This document shows positions 1-12,500 of a stretch of 60,007 nt of DNA, one piece after another (position 1 is the stretch's first letter; each line of letters begins with the position of its first letter). A model generated the notes under the pieces. That model was not told the origin of the DNA, ran no database searches, and saw nothing but the letters and a program-made list of their open reading frames with translations. Where the stretch lies: the NCBI RefSeq assembly GCF_000002075.1, contig NW_004797707.1:424928-484934 (forward strand), written 5' to 3'. The position numbers and the translations under genes are program-made. This DNA is from Aplysia californica (Eukaryota).

Positions 1-1199
1 TGTGTGTGTGTGTGTGTGTGTGTGTGAATGAAAGTGGGTGTGAGTGTGAGTGTGAGTGTGAGAGTCTGAGAGTGTGAGAGTGTGAGAGAGAGTGAGAGTG
101 TATGTGTGTATGTGTGCGCGNNNNNNNNNNNNNNNNNNNNNNNNNNNNNNNNNNNNNNNNNNNNNNNNNNNNNNNNNNNNNNNNNNNNNNNNNNNNNNNN
201 NNNNNNNNNNNNNNNNNNNNNNNNNNNNNNNNNNNNNNNNNNNNNNNNNNNNNNNNNNNNNNNNNNNNNNNNNNNNNNNNNNNNNNNNNNNNNNNNNNNN
301 NGCTCTGTTGGAAGCTCAAGCTGTGCTGGCCGGTGTTCTGTTTTGATTAATGCTGTTGTTTGTTTTATTTTTGTTTTTGTTTTAGCTTTCTCCTTGGACT
401 CTCCGTCGGCGAAGTGTTGTTGTTGATCACAAAGGGGAGAGGCGGTACAAAGCGTTTCCTGTGAGGGGTTGAGAGAGAGAGGAATGTTTCGTGTGCCGGC
501 GAGAGGTACATTTTGGGAATCCCCATACAATGTTATCTTTGAGGAACGCTTCACGTAACCCAGAGAACAGGCTTATCATTCATCGCACAAATTATAATTA
601 TGTTGACGGGAGAGAATTCACGATGTGTGGGTGTGTGGTGGAATGTCGTCTTTCCCGTTTTCTGATATATTTTGTAAGGTACGACAATGCCATTCGTTAA
701 TGTCTTTATAATTACAGCGAGGCTGTTAAAAAGGAAGGATNNNNNNNNNNNNNNNNNNNNNNNNNNNNNNNNNNNNNNNNNNNNNNNNNNNNNNNNNNNN
801 NNNNNNNNNNNNNNNNNNNNNNNNNNNNNNNNNNNNNNNNNNNNNNNNNNNNNNNNNNNNNNNNNNNNNNNNNNNNNNNNNNNNNNNNNNNNNNNNNNNN
901 NNNNNNNNNNNNNNNNNNNNNNNNNNNNNNNNNNNGTAAAAAAAAGAAGAACGACTCGTTGATTTATATTTCTAGGAGAATATGAACAACAACAACAACG
1001 CGCGCTATGCTTAACGTAGAAGGATTAAGACATTACGCCAAATCTCAGGTTAAATTAACTAGTATAACACCAATGAAGACCGTAGTACAAAATGTGGCGT
1101 TCGTCGATGGTGGCCAGCTCTCCCCTTCTTGACAGCGTCCGTCCGTACTTCGTACGTCCAAATAATTGTGTGTCAAGACGTCGTCCTCTCGTACAATCT

Positions 1200-1470
1200 C
1201 ACTTACTTACTTTACTTTACTTCATCCGTCCTCTTGTACCCCTAGGGCGTCGAGTGGAGAAAGAGCCACCTGTCTCTAGCAAGTTTGATGACCTGGCTGG
1301 GTGGGATATTGTCGTATGTTCTCAGGGTATCCTTCACACCCTGGATCCAGGTCTTTCTTGGTCTTCCTCTTGCCTTGTACCCTGATACTTTCCTGTAGTA
1401 GGTTTTACTGGCAAGCTGGTTAGGTGCCATACGTGTCAGATGTCCAAACCACCTGATTTTTTCCTTCGAA
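1200..1470 (-). mobile_element. RTE-type LINE 3' end fragment
   Basis: Minus-strand peptide KVSGYKARGRPRKTWIQGVKDTL...LARDRWLF (RTE ORF C-terminal motif) followed by a (AAGT/AAAGT)n tail. Confidence 0.7.
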
Positions 1471-1546
1471 TGTAGTGGTCCCGTACAATGTACGTCCTAA
1501 AATTAGCCGAATACGGCAATCGCGTGAACTTACCTGGCTTATTATT

Positions 1547-1945
1547 TGTGAGGCAGCGTGGTGGAATCAGGCTCTCGTCAAAATAATGAAATCGAAGAAA
1601 ACAGCAGTTTTCTCCCTGCTTAGCAATTTTTATCAAATTTTTGTTTTTTTGGCTCAACACCTTCATTTACAAACACTTTCCTTTGAGGATTTCACCGAAT
1701 ACGTTGATTAAAGGCACAAAAATATAATTCTTTACCAAGATTTGGCGGCTATTTTCTCGCTAATTTTACCTCTTAAAACAGGTGACTCCCTCCTCCTTCA
1801 ATTCAAAATGTCTCCACTTCTGTTGAAGATGGATGGGTGATTTGTTCATTGAAAGCAAGACAAATGAACAAGCTTTAAGATGATACCAATAACTCAATAT
1901 GCCCAAAAAATTGACGAGAGCCTGATTCCACCATGCTGCCTCACA
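1547..1945. mobile_element. MITE family A (TGTG...CACA ends, ~35-bp TIR)
   Basis: TGTGAGGCAGCGTGGTGGAATCAGGCTCTCGTCAA and its reverse complement at 1911-1945; further copies at 22752-23169, 27107-27437, ~27530-27865 (partial), 36610-37044. Confidence 0.85.
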
Positions 1946-2912
1946 TTGATTGCTACTTGTCCTGGGCAACTACGTCATTGCACACCGGACAGGTCCATAA
2001 GGGTTCAGTTCCTCTCAGCACTAAAGGCCGCAATTTTAAGGCATCCATACTGATTGTTCCTGTGGCTGTTTGATTATATATGTCGACGTCTTTCCTTTCC
2101 AGATAATCGTTCCTTTCTTCCTTCTCCTCTCAACGAAAAGCGACATAACGTCGCAAAAACATCAACAGAACCCAACAAAATTGTCGACATTAACAGGAGC
2201 AAAAATATTGACACAAACATCAACAAAAATATTGACACAAACATCAAGAGAAACACCGTTACAAACTTTTTTAAAAATACAGACAAAAACATCAACAAAA
2301 ACATTGACCCAAAAAACAAAAACAACAACAACAAAAAACTGCCAAGTGTGAACAACCAGCACACTCACTCTCAGCCTCAAAACCGTCAACAAATACATTA
2401 ACAAATACATCAACAAACACATCAACAAAAACAAAAAACAACAACAAAAACAACAACAAAAACTGCCAAGTGTGAACAACCAACACTCACTCTCACTTAT
2501 ACTCTCAGCCACAGAACCCACACCGCTTTCCCCGATGTTATCATCAGTTCGTGCAAGTGGTTTCGAACCCCCTCCCCCACCCTTACTCCCCCTAACCCNN
2601 NNNNNNNNNNNNNNNNNNNNNNNNNNNNNNNNNNNNNNNNNNNNNNNNNNNNNNNNNNNNNNNNNNNNNNNNNNNNNNNNNNNNNNNNNNNNNNNNNNNN
2701 NNNNNNNNNNNNNNNNNNNNNNNNNNNNNNNNNNNNNNNNNNNNNNNNNNNNNNNNNNNNNNNNNNNNNNNNNNNNNNNNNNNNNNNNNNNNNNNNNNNN
2801 NNNNNNNNNNNNNNNNNNNNNNNNNNNNNNNNNNNCCACCGCCCCCTTGAACCCCTCCTGCCTCCTGCCACATCCTAATCATTACGAGCTGCCTACCTGA
2901 CCCCTTCTGTAC

Positions 2913-3189
2913 TAGGGCTGGGCAATGAGTCGTTTTAGCAAAAATACGGATAACATGTTAGTGCACCTCTTCGGGAAAATAATATGTTATGATGAACCGC
3001 TTCGACAAACGGGTTAGAACCACTCCAACAAATATTATAATGGCTGCACCCACTTCTGCAAACGGGTTTGGATTAGGAAAGAGAGTTAAGAGTCTGGATT
3101 CGGATAATATAAATAATGTCACAAAGAGAAGTATCCGGTTGTCCGTATAGGTTATCCGGATTTTGCAAAACCACTACCCACCAACACTG
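2913..3189. mobile_element. hAT-like non-autonomous element; second interrupted copy ~3318-3960
   Basis: TAGGGCTGGGC.../...CCAACACTG ends with imperfect subterminal inverted repeats (TTTTGCAAAATCCGGATAAC); no clear TSD. Confidence 0.45.
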
Positions 3190-3401
3190 GCGCCCTCTGA
3201 CGTAGGCGCGTCAAGATGGCCGCCGCTCACTCACTTCCTGGATTCCAGACCACGCTAATTTATTTGAACGTTGAGCTCTCCTTGGCTTCGGCCTTCAGCC
3301 TTCAGGTCTTCCCGGCCGGGCTGGGCAATGAGTCGCTTTACAAAATATCCGGATAACAATACGCTAGTGCACCTCTTCGGCAAATACGTAATGAACCACT
3401 T

Positions 3402-3802
3402 ACCCCCTGGGCAGTGCCACTGACTGAAGTGTCTTTAGGCCATTCCCAAAGGGGGGACATATCTCGTTCAAGCACAGTAGAATTGTAAATGGGCAGACTC
3501 ATGTCACACTCATAACTATGCCTGATCTACAACAGGGAACTGCTGCTTTTTCTTTCCTGATCCTTGCTATTGTCATTTTCCTCTACTTCTTTTGTATGTT
3601 TGTCACTCCCTTGTGACCTGCTATTTTGGGGTGCCTTGATAGTCGAAGCAGACCTTGTGCTGCTGTTGAAGCTAGAGAGGTGAGCAGTCTAAGTCTGATT
3701 CCCCGTAAAGACTTCTCTGTTGACACCCACCCCTTGGCGCTCATATGACCTTTATGCAGTTGCGAGCGCCGTAAAACCCTCTACTGTTATTTTTTTTTTT
3801 TT
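3402..3802 (+). mobile_element. 5'-truncated LINE 3' end (I/Nimb-like tail)
   Basis: 11-bp TSD ATGAACCACTT (3391-3401, 3803-3813); tail GGCGCTCATATGACC...GTTGCGAGCGCCGTAAAAC shared with the SINEs. Confidence 0.6.
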
Positions 3803-5327
3803 ATGAACCACTTCCGCGAATTAATGGGTTAGAACCACTTCGGCACACGGGCTAGAATCACTTTAACAAATGGGTGCACCCACTTCCGCAAATGGGTTAG
3901 GAAAGAGACCTAAGAATCTGAATTCGGATAACATTTCATTGAAAATTATCCGGTTCTTCGAATTGATTATCTTGATTCAGCCTTCAGGTCTGCGCGGCCG
4001 GCCAAGGATTGTGGTAATGTGGTGGCCTGTACAAGGGGAGTTAATAGAGNNNNNNNNNNNNNNNNNNNNNNNNNNNNNNNNNNNNNNNNNNNNNNNNNNN
4101 NNNNNNNNNNNNNNNNNNNNNNNNNNNNNNNNNNNNNNNNNNNNNNNNNNNNNNNNNNNNNNNNNNNNNNNNNNNNNNNNNNNNNNNNNNNCGAGAACTC
4201 AGAACTTATGGTATTTTAATTCTAACAAGCTCCTTTGCCTATTTCAACGTAAGTCGTGTCCTCACTTCACCTTTCAAAGGACCACCTTCCAGAGATAATC
4301 TTATCATTACCTAAACCCCCTTCCCCCCTCAACCTCAACCTCCCCCCCCCCGCTCCTCCTCCCCATGCCCCCTCCCCCACAACCAGTAAATTAAGATGGA
4401 GAGCACACTTGAATTATATTAACTATTTGACCTTATTTGACCGAGTCGGATCGAATAAGTACGGCTAGCCAATGTGCGAATATCAAGCGGAAATCGGCTT
4501 GTATCAAGTGCAGACTGCCAATCGAATGCATTCAATTCGATCTATTCGGAGCCAGCTACAATTTCCTTCTTGGATGACGGACAAAAACTACCATTTTACT
4601 ACAGTTCGACCGACCGAATTCGACTAAATTCGATTGTGACCTTGCAAACCAAACACATTTGTTTTTCAAGTTTGGGAATTGAATTGGTTGTATTGAGTTA
4701 AAAATGGTATAGCTTTTTTCCCTCCATGTTGGGAAATCTGGCTGAACCCGACTCAGTTTCACTGACTCCATTTGACCGACTCAGTTTGACCGACTCAATT
4801 TGACCGACTCAATTTGACCGACTCAATTCGACTGGTAGAACACACTGGTTAGACTACTATATATTATATAAGATATCTTTGACCTCAGTAGGTGGTATGG
4901 TAGTCCTCGAGGCTATTGCCCAACTCTAATCAAGTGCCAAGGAGCCGATGTGGTGTATCGAGTGCTTGCTCATATTCACACTAACTAATCTTAACGTTCC
5001 TGTAATGAAGGAAGAGCTACTTAAGGGCGAAGGACCCACGTACATAAATAATATANNNNNNNNNNNNNNNNNNNNNNNNNNNNNNNNNNNNNNNNNNNNN
5101 NNNNNNNNNNNNNNNNNNNNNNNNNNNNNNNNNNNNNNNNNNNNNNNNNNNNNNNNNNNNNNNNNNNNNNNNNNNNNNNNNNNNNNNNNNNNNNNNNNNN
5201 NNNNNNNNNNNNNNNNNNNNNNNNNNNNNNNNNNNNNNNNNNNNNNNNNNNNNNNAGGAGGGAGAGTCTTATTTGAATTTCAGACAAAATAACATAACAA
5301 TATAAAACGTTTAAAATATGTTTAATA

Positions 5328-5362
5328 GCTCAACGTTTCGCCTCTTGGGCTTCCTCAGGAGC
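5328..5362 (-). ncRNA. Minimal type I hammerhead ribozyme (Penelope-like element terminal repeat)
   Basis: Minus strand GCTC-CTGAGGA-AGCCCAAGAGGC-GAAACGTT-GAGC: intact CUGANGA/GAAA core, stem I GCUC/GAGC, stem II GCC/GGC, palindromic ACGU stem III. Confidence 0.75.
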
Positions 5363-6157
5363 AACATCAAAACAGGAAATGGGAAAGAAAAACGACAACT
5401 ATTCATTAAGTATGTATCTGGGACATGATAATAATATTGAATATTGATATTTTGTCCGATGAACAGCATAATAAGGACGATATTTCGGCCCACGTTGAAC
5501 CATCATATCGTATTATATAAATAGACAAGCTGGGCCCCCTTTCGATGGAAGGGATGATCGGTTCTTTAATATCAACTAAAAGTCATTGGCCTACTATTTA
5601 CACACTACTGGAATGGGGAAATAAATCTTGAGAGATGCAAAAAATTAGAAGGTCTAGATCTATACTCTCAAAACAAAATGCGCCTCGCGAAATATCACAT
5701 CTATATTTTCTAAAATTACAGAGACAGAAGCGTCGGCCTACTAAAGCGATCGGCGAAATAAGGAAATTTAGCTTTTTGCAGCACAATTGTCTCAAAACTG
5801 AAAAAACCAAGGGCGCCATGATCTGGAGAATATTTTAAAGAATTTTTTGGCGAAAACCGCATGTCGATCGATGCAGCCATTAAAAATCCTTTTGAATAGC
5901 AAAATTCGGCCACCACAAATAGATAATAGATACATGATTTTGCAGATTTCGTAGTATAGGTGTTGTTACGTGTCATTTAAAGTTTCAGATAAGGAAAGCA
6001 AAATCGGGAAAATCTGTTTGAACAAAGAAGTTATGTCTCAGAGAATGGCAGATTTTCAAGTCTTGAGGAACAGCCAGAAAGTAAGCGCGTCACAATGGAT
6101 TCATGTTCTCTTACCTGTTTCGTAGTTCATAGAGATATGTGAGGCGGTCTACCTCTG

Positions 6158-6204
<47 letters not shown>

Positions 6205-6584
6205 NNNNNNNNNNNNNNNNNNNNNNNNNNNNNNNNNNNNNNNNNNNNNNNNNNNNNNNNNNNNNNNNNNNNNNNNNNNNNNNNNNNNNNNNNNNNNNNN
6301 NNNNGAAAAGAAGCTGCCCCCCCCAGTGGCATCCCCCACCCGCCAATGTCCCAATTTACCAACTGGGGTCCGATCGAGTTACTCTCTCTGAAGGCCCTCT
6401 TACTAAAGCTTGCCTTCGCAAAGAGCTACATGCACATTTATACCATGTGTCTTGTTTGTTTACGCTATGGAGATCTTGGAGATCAAGCTTTCTGATATAA
6501 ATGTTTGTTTTATAGTGCAAGGGGCACTTGAAATAGCCTTCGTTATTAAATGTTTACAATGAACATGAGACTCAAATCCAAACT

Positions 6585-7131
6585 GGGGGCTCTCGTGGCC
6601 TAGAGGTTAAGGTGTTCACCTCCAATTCAAAGGTCCCGGGTTCGAATCCGGGTAGCGACCTAAAAATTTTCTTCTCTAAAATTGTCTCCTTTCACCTCAT
6701 TTCTTGCTCTTTAGCAATTTTCTATCGTCTGCTTTCGTCTCCACTTTCTGCTCCCCACCCCCTCACCTCCTTTGCCCCTTCCTCTGGGCTTCTGACTCTT
6801 TCTGCAGCCTTTCTACTGCTACTCCTTGGCTCCTTCTTACTGCTGTCTTTCAGCGACACCCTTGATCTTCTGGTAGGAACGATCTACACCTAGCCTTCTC
6901 GGACAAGGGCAAAAACTCTCGGAGGTCCCATGTGCAAGTTGCGCCCGTTAAAGATCCTTTGGTGGTGTAAAATCGGTAAAAGTAGGCTTCGGCCGCCATC
7001 CGGGCAAATTTCCAAATTTGCTACCAGCTGAAAATGTTTAACGTGTCCCGCAAACTCATATGACCTTATTTTGCAGTTGCGAGCGCCGTAAAACACTTAC
7101 CACCAAAAAACAAACAAAAAAAACAAACAAA
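6585..7131 (+). mobile_element. tRNA-derived SINE family 1, full length
   Basis: A box TGGCCTAGAGG, B box GGTTCGAATCC, pyrimidine-rich body, Deu/Nin-like central motif GGAGGTCCC...GTTAAAGATCC, LINE-like tail, A-rich end. Confidence 0.85.
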
Positions 7132-7965
7132 ATCTGCGAGAGAAGCTGGCGACCGACTAGATTCCGCCCCGCTATTTCAGTCTACTGTGTTCTCTCATTA
7201 TCTCATGTTTCGCTAATTATATCGCGTTTACAAAGACAACCCCCCTCCCCCCAAACAAAAGACCAAACAACAAACCCTGGGTCAGTGTGACACAGGGGGC
7301 CATTAGCCGAACAAACAAACACCTCGCGGAAGGTCGGAGTTCAGACCCGAAAGGGGGAACAACCGGTGTGTCAGTGAGACTCCTGCAGGAGCAGGGACGC
7401 TTTAACTACCGGCCAGGTACCAGGGCAGCCTGCAGGGGGCCACACCTTGGATGTGACCTTCTCCTTGTCTAGTAGGGCGTTCTGCTTGCCCCCCCCCCCC
7501 ACCCGCAATAAAAAAGAAGGGGAAAAAAGCTCCTGTATCTTCCTTGTTCTTTTCCTTTTCTTTGGCATAGCCTACTTGTAATGCTGTCGAGCAAGCTATT
7601 GGGAAGCACATTGACAGAATAACAATAATCTACGGGTGAGAAAAAAAGCAAAGGCAGACAAAGCGAAACTACTAACGGCAAAAAGTAGGACCCCCCCCCC
7701 CCCCCAGTGGCATCCTCCAACCGCCAATGTCCCAATTTACCAACTGGGGTCCGATCGAGTTACTCTCTCTGAAGGCCCTCTTACTAAAGCTTGCCTTCGC
7801 AAAGAGCTACATGCACATTTATACCATGTGTCTTGTTTGTTTACGCTATGGAGATCTTGGAGATCAAGCTTTCTGATATAAATGTTTGTTTTATAGTGCA
7901 AGGGGCACTTGAAATAGCCTTCGTTATTAAATGTTTACAATGAACATGAGACTCAAATCCAAACT

Positions 7966-8494
7966 GGGGGCTCTCGTGGCCTAGAGGTTAAGGTGTTCGC
8001 CTCTCATTCAAAGGTCCCGGGTTCGAATCCGGGTAGCGACCAAAAAATTATCTTATCTAAATTTGTCTCCTTTCACCTCCTTTCCTACTCTCTAGCAATG
8101 TTCTGTCGTCTGCTTTCGTCTCCTCTTTCTGCCCCCCCACCCCTTCACTTCCTTTGCCCCCTCCTCTGGGCTCCTGATTCTTTCTGCAGCCTTTCTACTG
8201 CTACTCATTGGCTTCTTCTTACTGCTGTCTTTCAGCCACACCCCTGATCTTCTGGTAGGAAAGATCTACACCTAGCCTTCTCGGACAAGGGCGAAAAATC
8301 TCGGAGGTCCCGTATGCAAGTTGTGCACGTTAAAGATCCCTTGGTGGTCTAAAATCGATAAGAGTAGGCTTCGGCTGCCACCCGGGCAAAATTCAAAATT
8401 TCCTACCAACTGAAAAAGTTTAGTGTGTCCCGCGCGCTCATATGACCTTATGCAGTTGCGAGCGCCGTAAAACACTTACAAAAACAAAGAAAAA
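7966..8494 (+). mobile_element. tRNA-derived SINE family 1, full length with TSD
   Basis: Same structure; TSD CAAATCCAAACTG at 7954-7966 and 8495-8507. Confidence 0.9.
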
Positions 8495-8607
8495 CAAATC
8501 CAAACTGTATGTGTGTATCATCTACAGGCACATACAAAAAACTGGGCAGCATGGATGTGGGTGATGGCATAACAAGAATACTTTGAATTATTGCCTTCGT
8601 TATTTTG

Positions 8608-8794
8608 CAATAGACGTGACTCTCCAATAGCCGTGACTCTCCAATAGACGTGTCTCTCCAATAGACGTGACTCTCCAATAGACGTGTCTCTCCAATAGAC
8701 GTGACTCTCCAATAGACGTGACTCTCCAATAGACGTGACTCTCCAATAGACGTGACTCTCCAATAGACGTGTCTCTCCAATAGACGTGACTCTC
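8608..8794. repeat. 17-bp minisatellite CAATAGACGTGACTCTC, ~11 copies
   Basis: Direct reading. Confidence 0.95.
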
Positions 8795-8995
8795 AAACCC
8801 AAACTCTCTGTGTGTATCTTCCGCAGGTAGATAACCAAATCCGGGCATCATGGGTGTGGGTGATGGCATAGCACGAATACTTTAAATTATTGCCTTCGTT
8901 ACATCACAATAGACGTGACTCTCCAATAGACGTGAGACTCAAACCCAAACTCTCTGTGTGTATCTTCTGCAGGTAGATAACCAAATCCGGGCATC

Positions 8996-9308
8996 ATGGG
9001 TGTGGGTGATGACGTAGCACCCAGGTTCACCCAGAAGCCGGCTCTGAGACAGGAGGACAATGGTCAGCGATTGGTCTTCCACTGTGTCCTGGAGGCGTCG
9101 CCCAAGCCGGACATCGCTTGGTTCATGGGCACCACCCCGATACAGACGTCTGACAGAACGCGCATGCGCGTGGAGCCGGCGGGAGGGTCAGCCTTCAACG
9201 TGATCCTGGAGATTCTGGGAGTGGCCCAGAGCGACGCGGGAACCTACAAGGTGGTGGCCAAGAACAGACTCGGCGAGGTGTCTGCTTCCATCAACTTGAA
9301 CTTTAGTG
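8996..9308 (+). CDS. unc-22: Twitchin first coding exon, Ig1 (acceptor AG at 8971-8972, so 8973-8995 is 5' UTR)
   Basis: gcatcATGG Kozak; APRFTQKP...DIAWF...DAGTYKVVAKNRLGEVSASINLNFS; donor G|gtgagt, phase 1. Confidence 0.93.
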
Positions 9309-9497
9309 GTGAGTGGCAGTTGTGTGTTTGTTGTTGAACACCTTTCTCTGTGTGTTGTTCTTGGTGGAAAGTGACAGTTGTGTGTTTGTTGTTGAACACC
9401 TTTCTCTGTGTGTTGTTCTTGGTGGAAAGTGACAGTTGTGTGTAGTAGGTTTGCGTTTGTTATTCATCTTTCTCTGTCTGTTGCTCTCAGTGGAAGG

Positions 9498-9566
<69 letters not shown>

Positions 9567-12500
9567 TTATTCATCTTTCTCTGTCTGTTGTTCTTGATGG
9601 CAAGTTGTGCGTTTGTTGTTAATCTTTCTCTGTCTATGTGTTGTCCGTCTACTGCAGGATGTAGCCATCCAACAACGACCTCGACTACTCAGATTTACCA
9701 GATGTTCTCCGTCTACATGTTGTACCCATCCACTCTCTGTCGTCACCTTGCTACTTAATGAAAAACAATAATTGCATTTATATAGAACTTAACCGTGCTC
9801 TGCAGCATGATCTATGCACTTTACAATCGTTAATAATACCACAGAATACTCCAGAACACTCAGAAATTCTCTCTCGGCTTCCTGGAAGGCATACAGTGCA
9901 AACAGCTCTCAAAAACTATCAAACTGACACGTTCTTTTCTTGTTGCTGGAGTATTAATTGTACAATCGACGTGGTCTGTCCTATTTTACAACAGAGGTTG
10001 CGCTATCTTTGACTGAAGCAAAGTTTGTACGTTGTAATAATTTAATTTTAGAAGATAATTGATGAATATTATGTTTTGTGGTTCGTGATTCATGATTGTT
10101 GTATGTCAAAATACAAGGTACTTAGTAGAAGCAAAAATATTAATTTTATTGATTCCTGCAGAATATTATCTTACTGCGAAAAGTTTAATTCTTCTAAATT
10201 TTGATTCGCTACTAATTTTGACAAAATGGACAAGATTAGGACAAATTGACGTGTCTCATCAACCTCTGCAACATTTTTGAATTTAATTTATTTATCTATT
10301 TATTTTTTAAAGTTTTGACACACTACAATGTTGAATAGTGGTGACGAATAAATTATTATCATGGCCCTCATCTTAACGAAATACTTGTTGCGTCCCTTTT
10401 CTCGTCACCTCGTCACTTGTTTGGCCTGGTCCATTTTTGTTCGAGTGCTGTCCCCTTGTGGTGACTGTGAGTAAATTTAGAGATGTACTGTATACCGGAT
10501 TTTTTTCGCGCGTTACTTAAATTTACAATTTTCGCGATTTCGAAAGGAACTTGTGAGTTCAAGTGGTTCGAGAAAATAATGTCAATGGGGGTGATGCTAC
10601 ATTGTACATAATATTGGAGAATCCAACCGTCTAAGAAGTTTTTCTTTGTTCTTATAGTCATTCGNNNNNNNNNNNNNNNNNNNNNNNNNNNNNNNNNNNN
10701 NNNNNNNNNNNNNNNNNNNNNNNNNNNNNNNNNNNNNNNNNNNNNNNNNNNNNNNNNNNNNNNNNNNNNNNNNNNNNNNNNNNNNNNNNNNNNNNNTTTT
10801 GTATTTGTGTGTATGTATTTTGTCTGCCTGTGTGTGCGTGTCTGTGTAGTTGTCTTGTTTATGTGCACGCGTAATATGTATGTCTGTGTGTTATCTTATA
10901 TAGGGCCTATGTGTCTGACACATCTGTATACATGCCACTGGGCGACTCAAATTAATTGCACCGAAATCGAAACGTTCGGGGAAAACAATATTCTGGTCAA
11001 AACGCGGAAAATAAGAGCGCGCGAACAACCCCAGGTATACAGTACTCACTCGCGTTGGGTCTGTGTAATCTTAAAGTCTCCGAGGGGCAAGCGTGAAAAG
11101 TCAGCCCCCTCTCTCTGTGGTGCACGTACGTTTCTCTGTGGGGATATGGTGTCCTGAAAACTAGATCTGTGAACAATATACATTCTACATGATGGTACGG
11201 TGTTTTCCTTTTTTGTGTCCTGGAAAGTGCAGGTTGTCTTCAGTAACTTATTCATTTTGTTTTATTACCGTGATCTTATATTTTGTGGGGGGGGGGTTGA
11301 CTAAGTTATTGACATGCCCACATAATCATTCCACTTTGAGATAAAGCATGTTGATGACGTGAACTTTTTTTTCTTTTCTTTTTTTCAGCTGGAGGACAGA
11401 AACAGTGAGTATTAACCTCTACCTTCTAGATCTAGTAGCGGGACTGTGTGAAGACTTAAAACGTCTCTGCTGGTTCTCTTATTGAGTTCTAACCTGCTAC
11501 ATTTTTGGTCTATCATTTCTGATTGCTCAGTGCATCATCATGTGTATTTTGTGGACACCAGAGTAACACCAGATGGGTGACGGCGATCGGGAGACATTAG
11601 CCTAGGATAATAATAGGACTTTTGAGAGCATTTGAGCGGAGAAATGAGAGGAAAACCATACATGTCAATTCAGATCTGACACTTTTCATGGCGACGAGTG
11701 AAAGAGAAGGAAAGATCGAGAGTGTGACGTCCTAAATTTTGTGTACCGTTCACGGGTACCGTTACAAGATTGGTTTGTCGGCCTACGTGTATGGGTGCTT
11801 GTGTACGTGGGTAGAGGTAGGGGTGAGGGATACGGGAATGGCACAAGTGGATGGACATGACCTGCAAGCGGGGTCAGGCGGATTGAGTTGTAGGGGATTG
11901 ACACCATTATTTTATGTTTTTTAAAGTTTTAGTAGAGGTTTTACGGCGCTCGCAACAGAGTAAGGTCTTATGAGCGCCAGAAGATTACATGTGTTACAAG
12001 AGAGTAACAAACATAAAAAAGAAGAAGGGGAGATAAGGACGATAGATGTTTGATAGGAAAGAAGGAGCAAACCACACCAGAGCACCCGCCAACCACCCAC
12101 TTATGTTTCCTGTTATAAGTTTTAGTTGCAAAGTAATCTTTAGTAGTCTTTTGGTATTTTGCTAACAACTGTATCTTCAGTGCTGTGTTCACTTTCACAG
12201 CTAAGCTTGACTAATTTCTGCCTGACCTTCACACTTCTTTCAGTGCTACCATTGTTTGTTCAGTCGATCTGGGCCATCACTTGATGTCATCTGAGAATAT
12301 AGGAGTGGTTTACTCTGAATTGTTGTATCAGGTTGTCTTAGAAATTGCCATCAAAATTGTTTTAAAAGTTGGATTTTGATTTCCATTGGGTACTGTCGAT
12401 ATACAAAATGAATTAACATATACTGGTTGCCATTCTTCTCTATATTATTGTATGTTGACAAGCAAAAAGCTGAGTGGTAAGGAGAGAGAGAGAGANNNNN

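Noticed and set aside
2054-2900. ORFs in A/C-rich low-complexity DNA and across N-gaps (also 12351-13384, 23216-23922)
   Set aside because: Artefacts of microsatellites and runs of N.
6585-6660. tRNA genes at SINE heads (also 7966, 16447, 24677, 59829)
   Set aside because: A/B boxes are present but there is no complete cloverleaf; each runs into a SINE body and tail, several with TSDs.
8448-8869. Repetitive minus-strand ORFs (also 31301-31997, 40181-40515, 53728-54364)
   Set aside because: Translations of minisatellites lacking stop codons.
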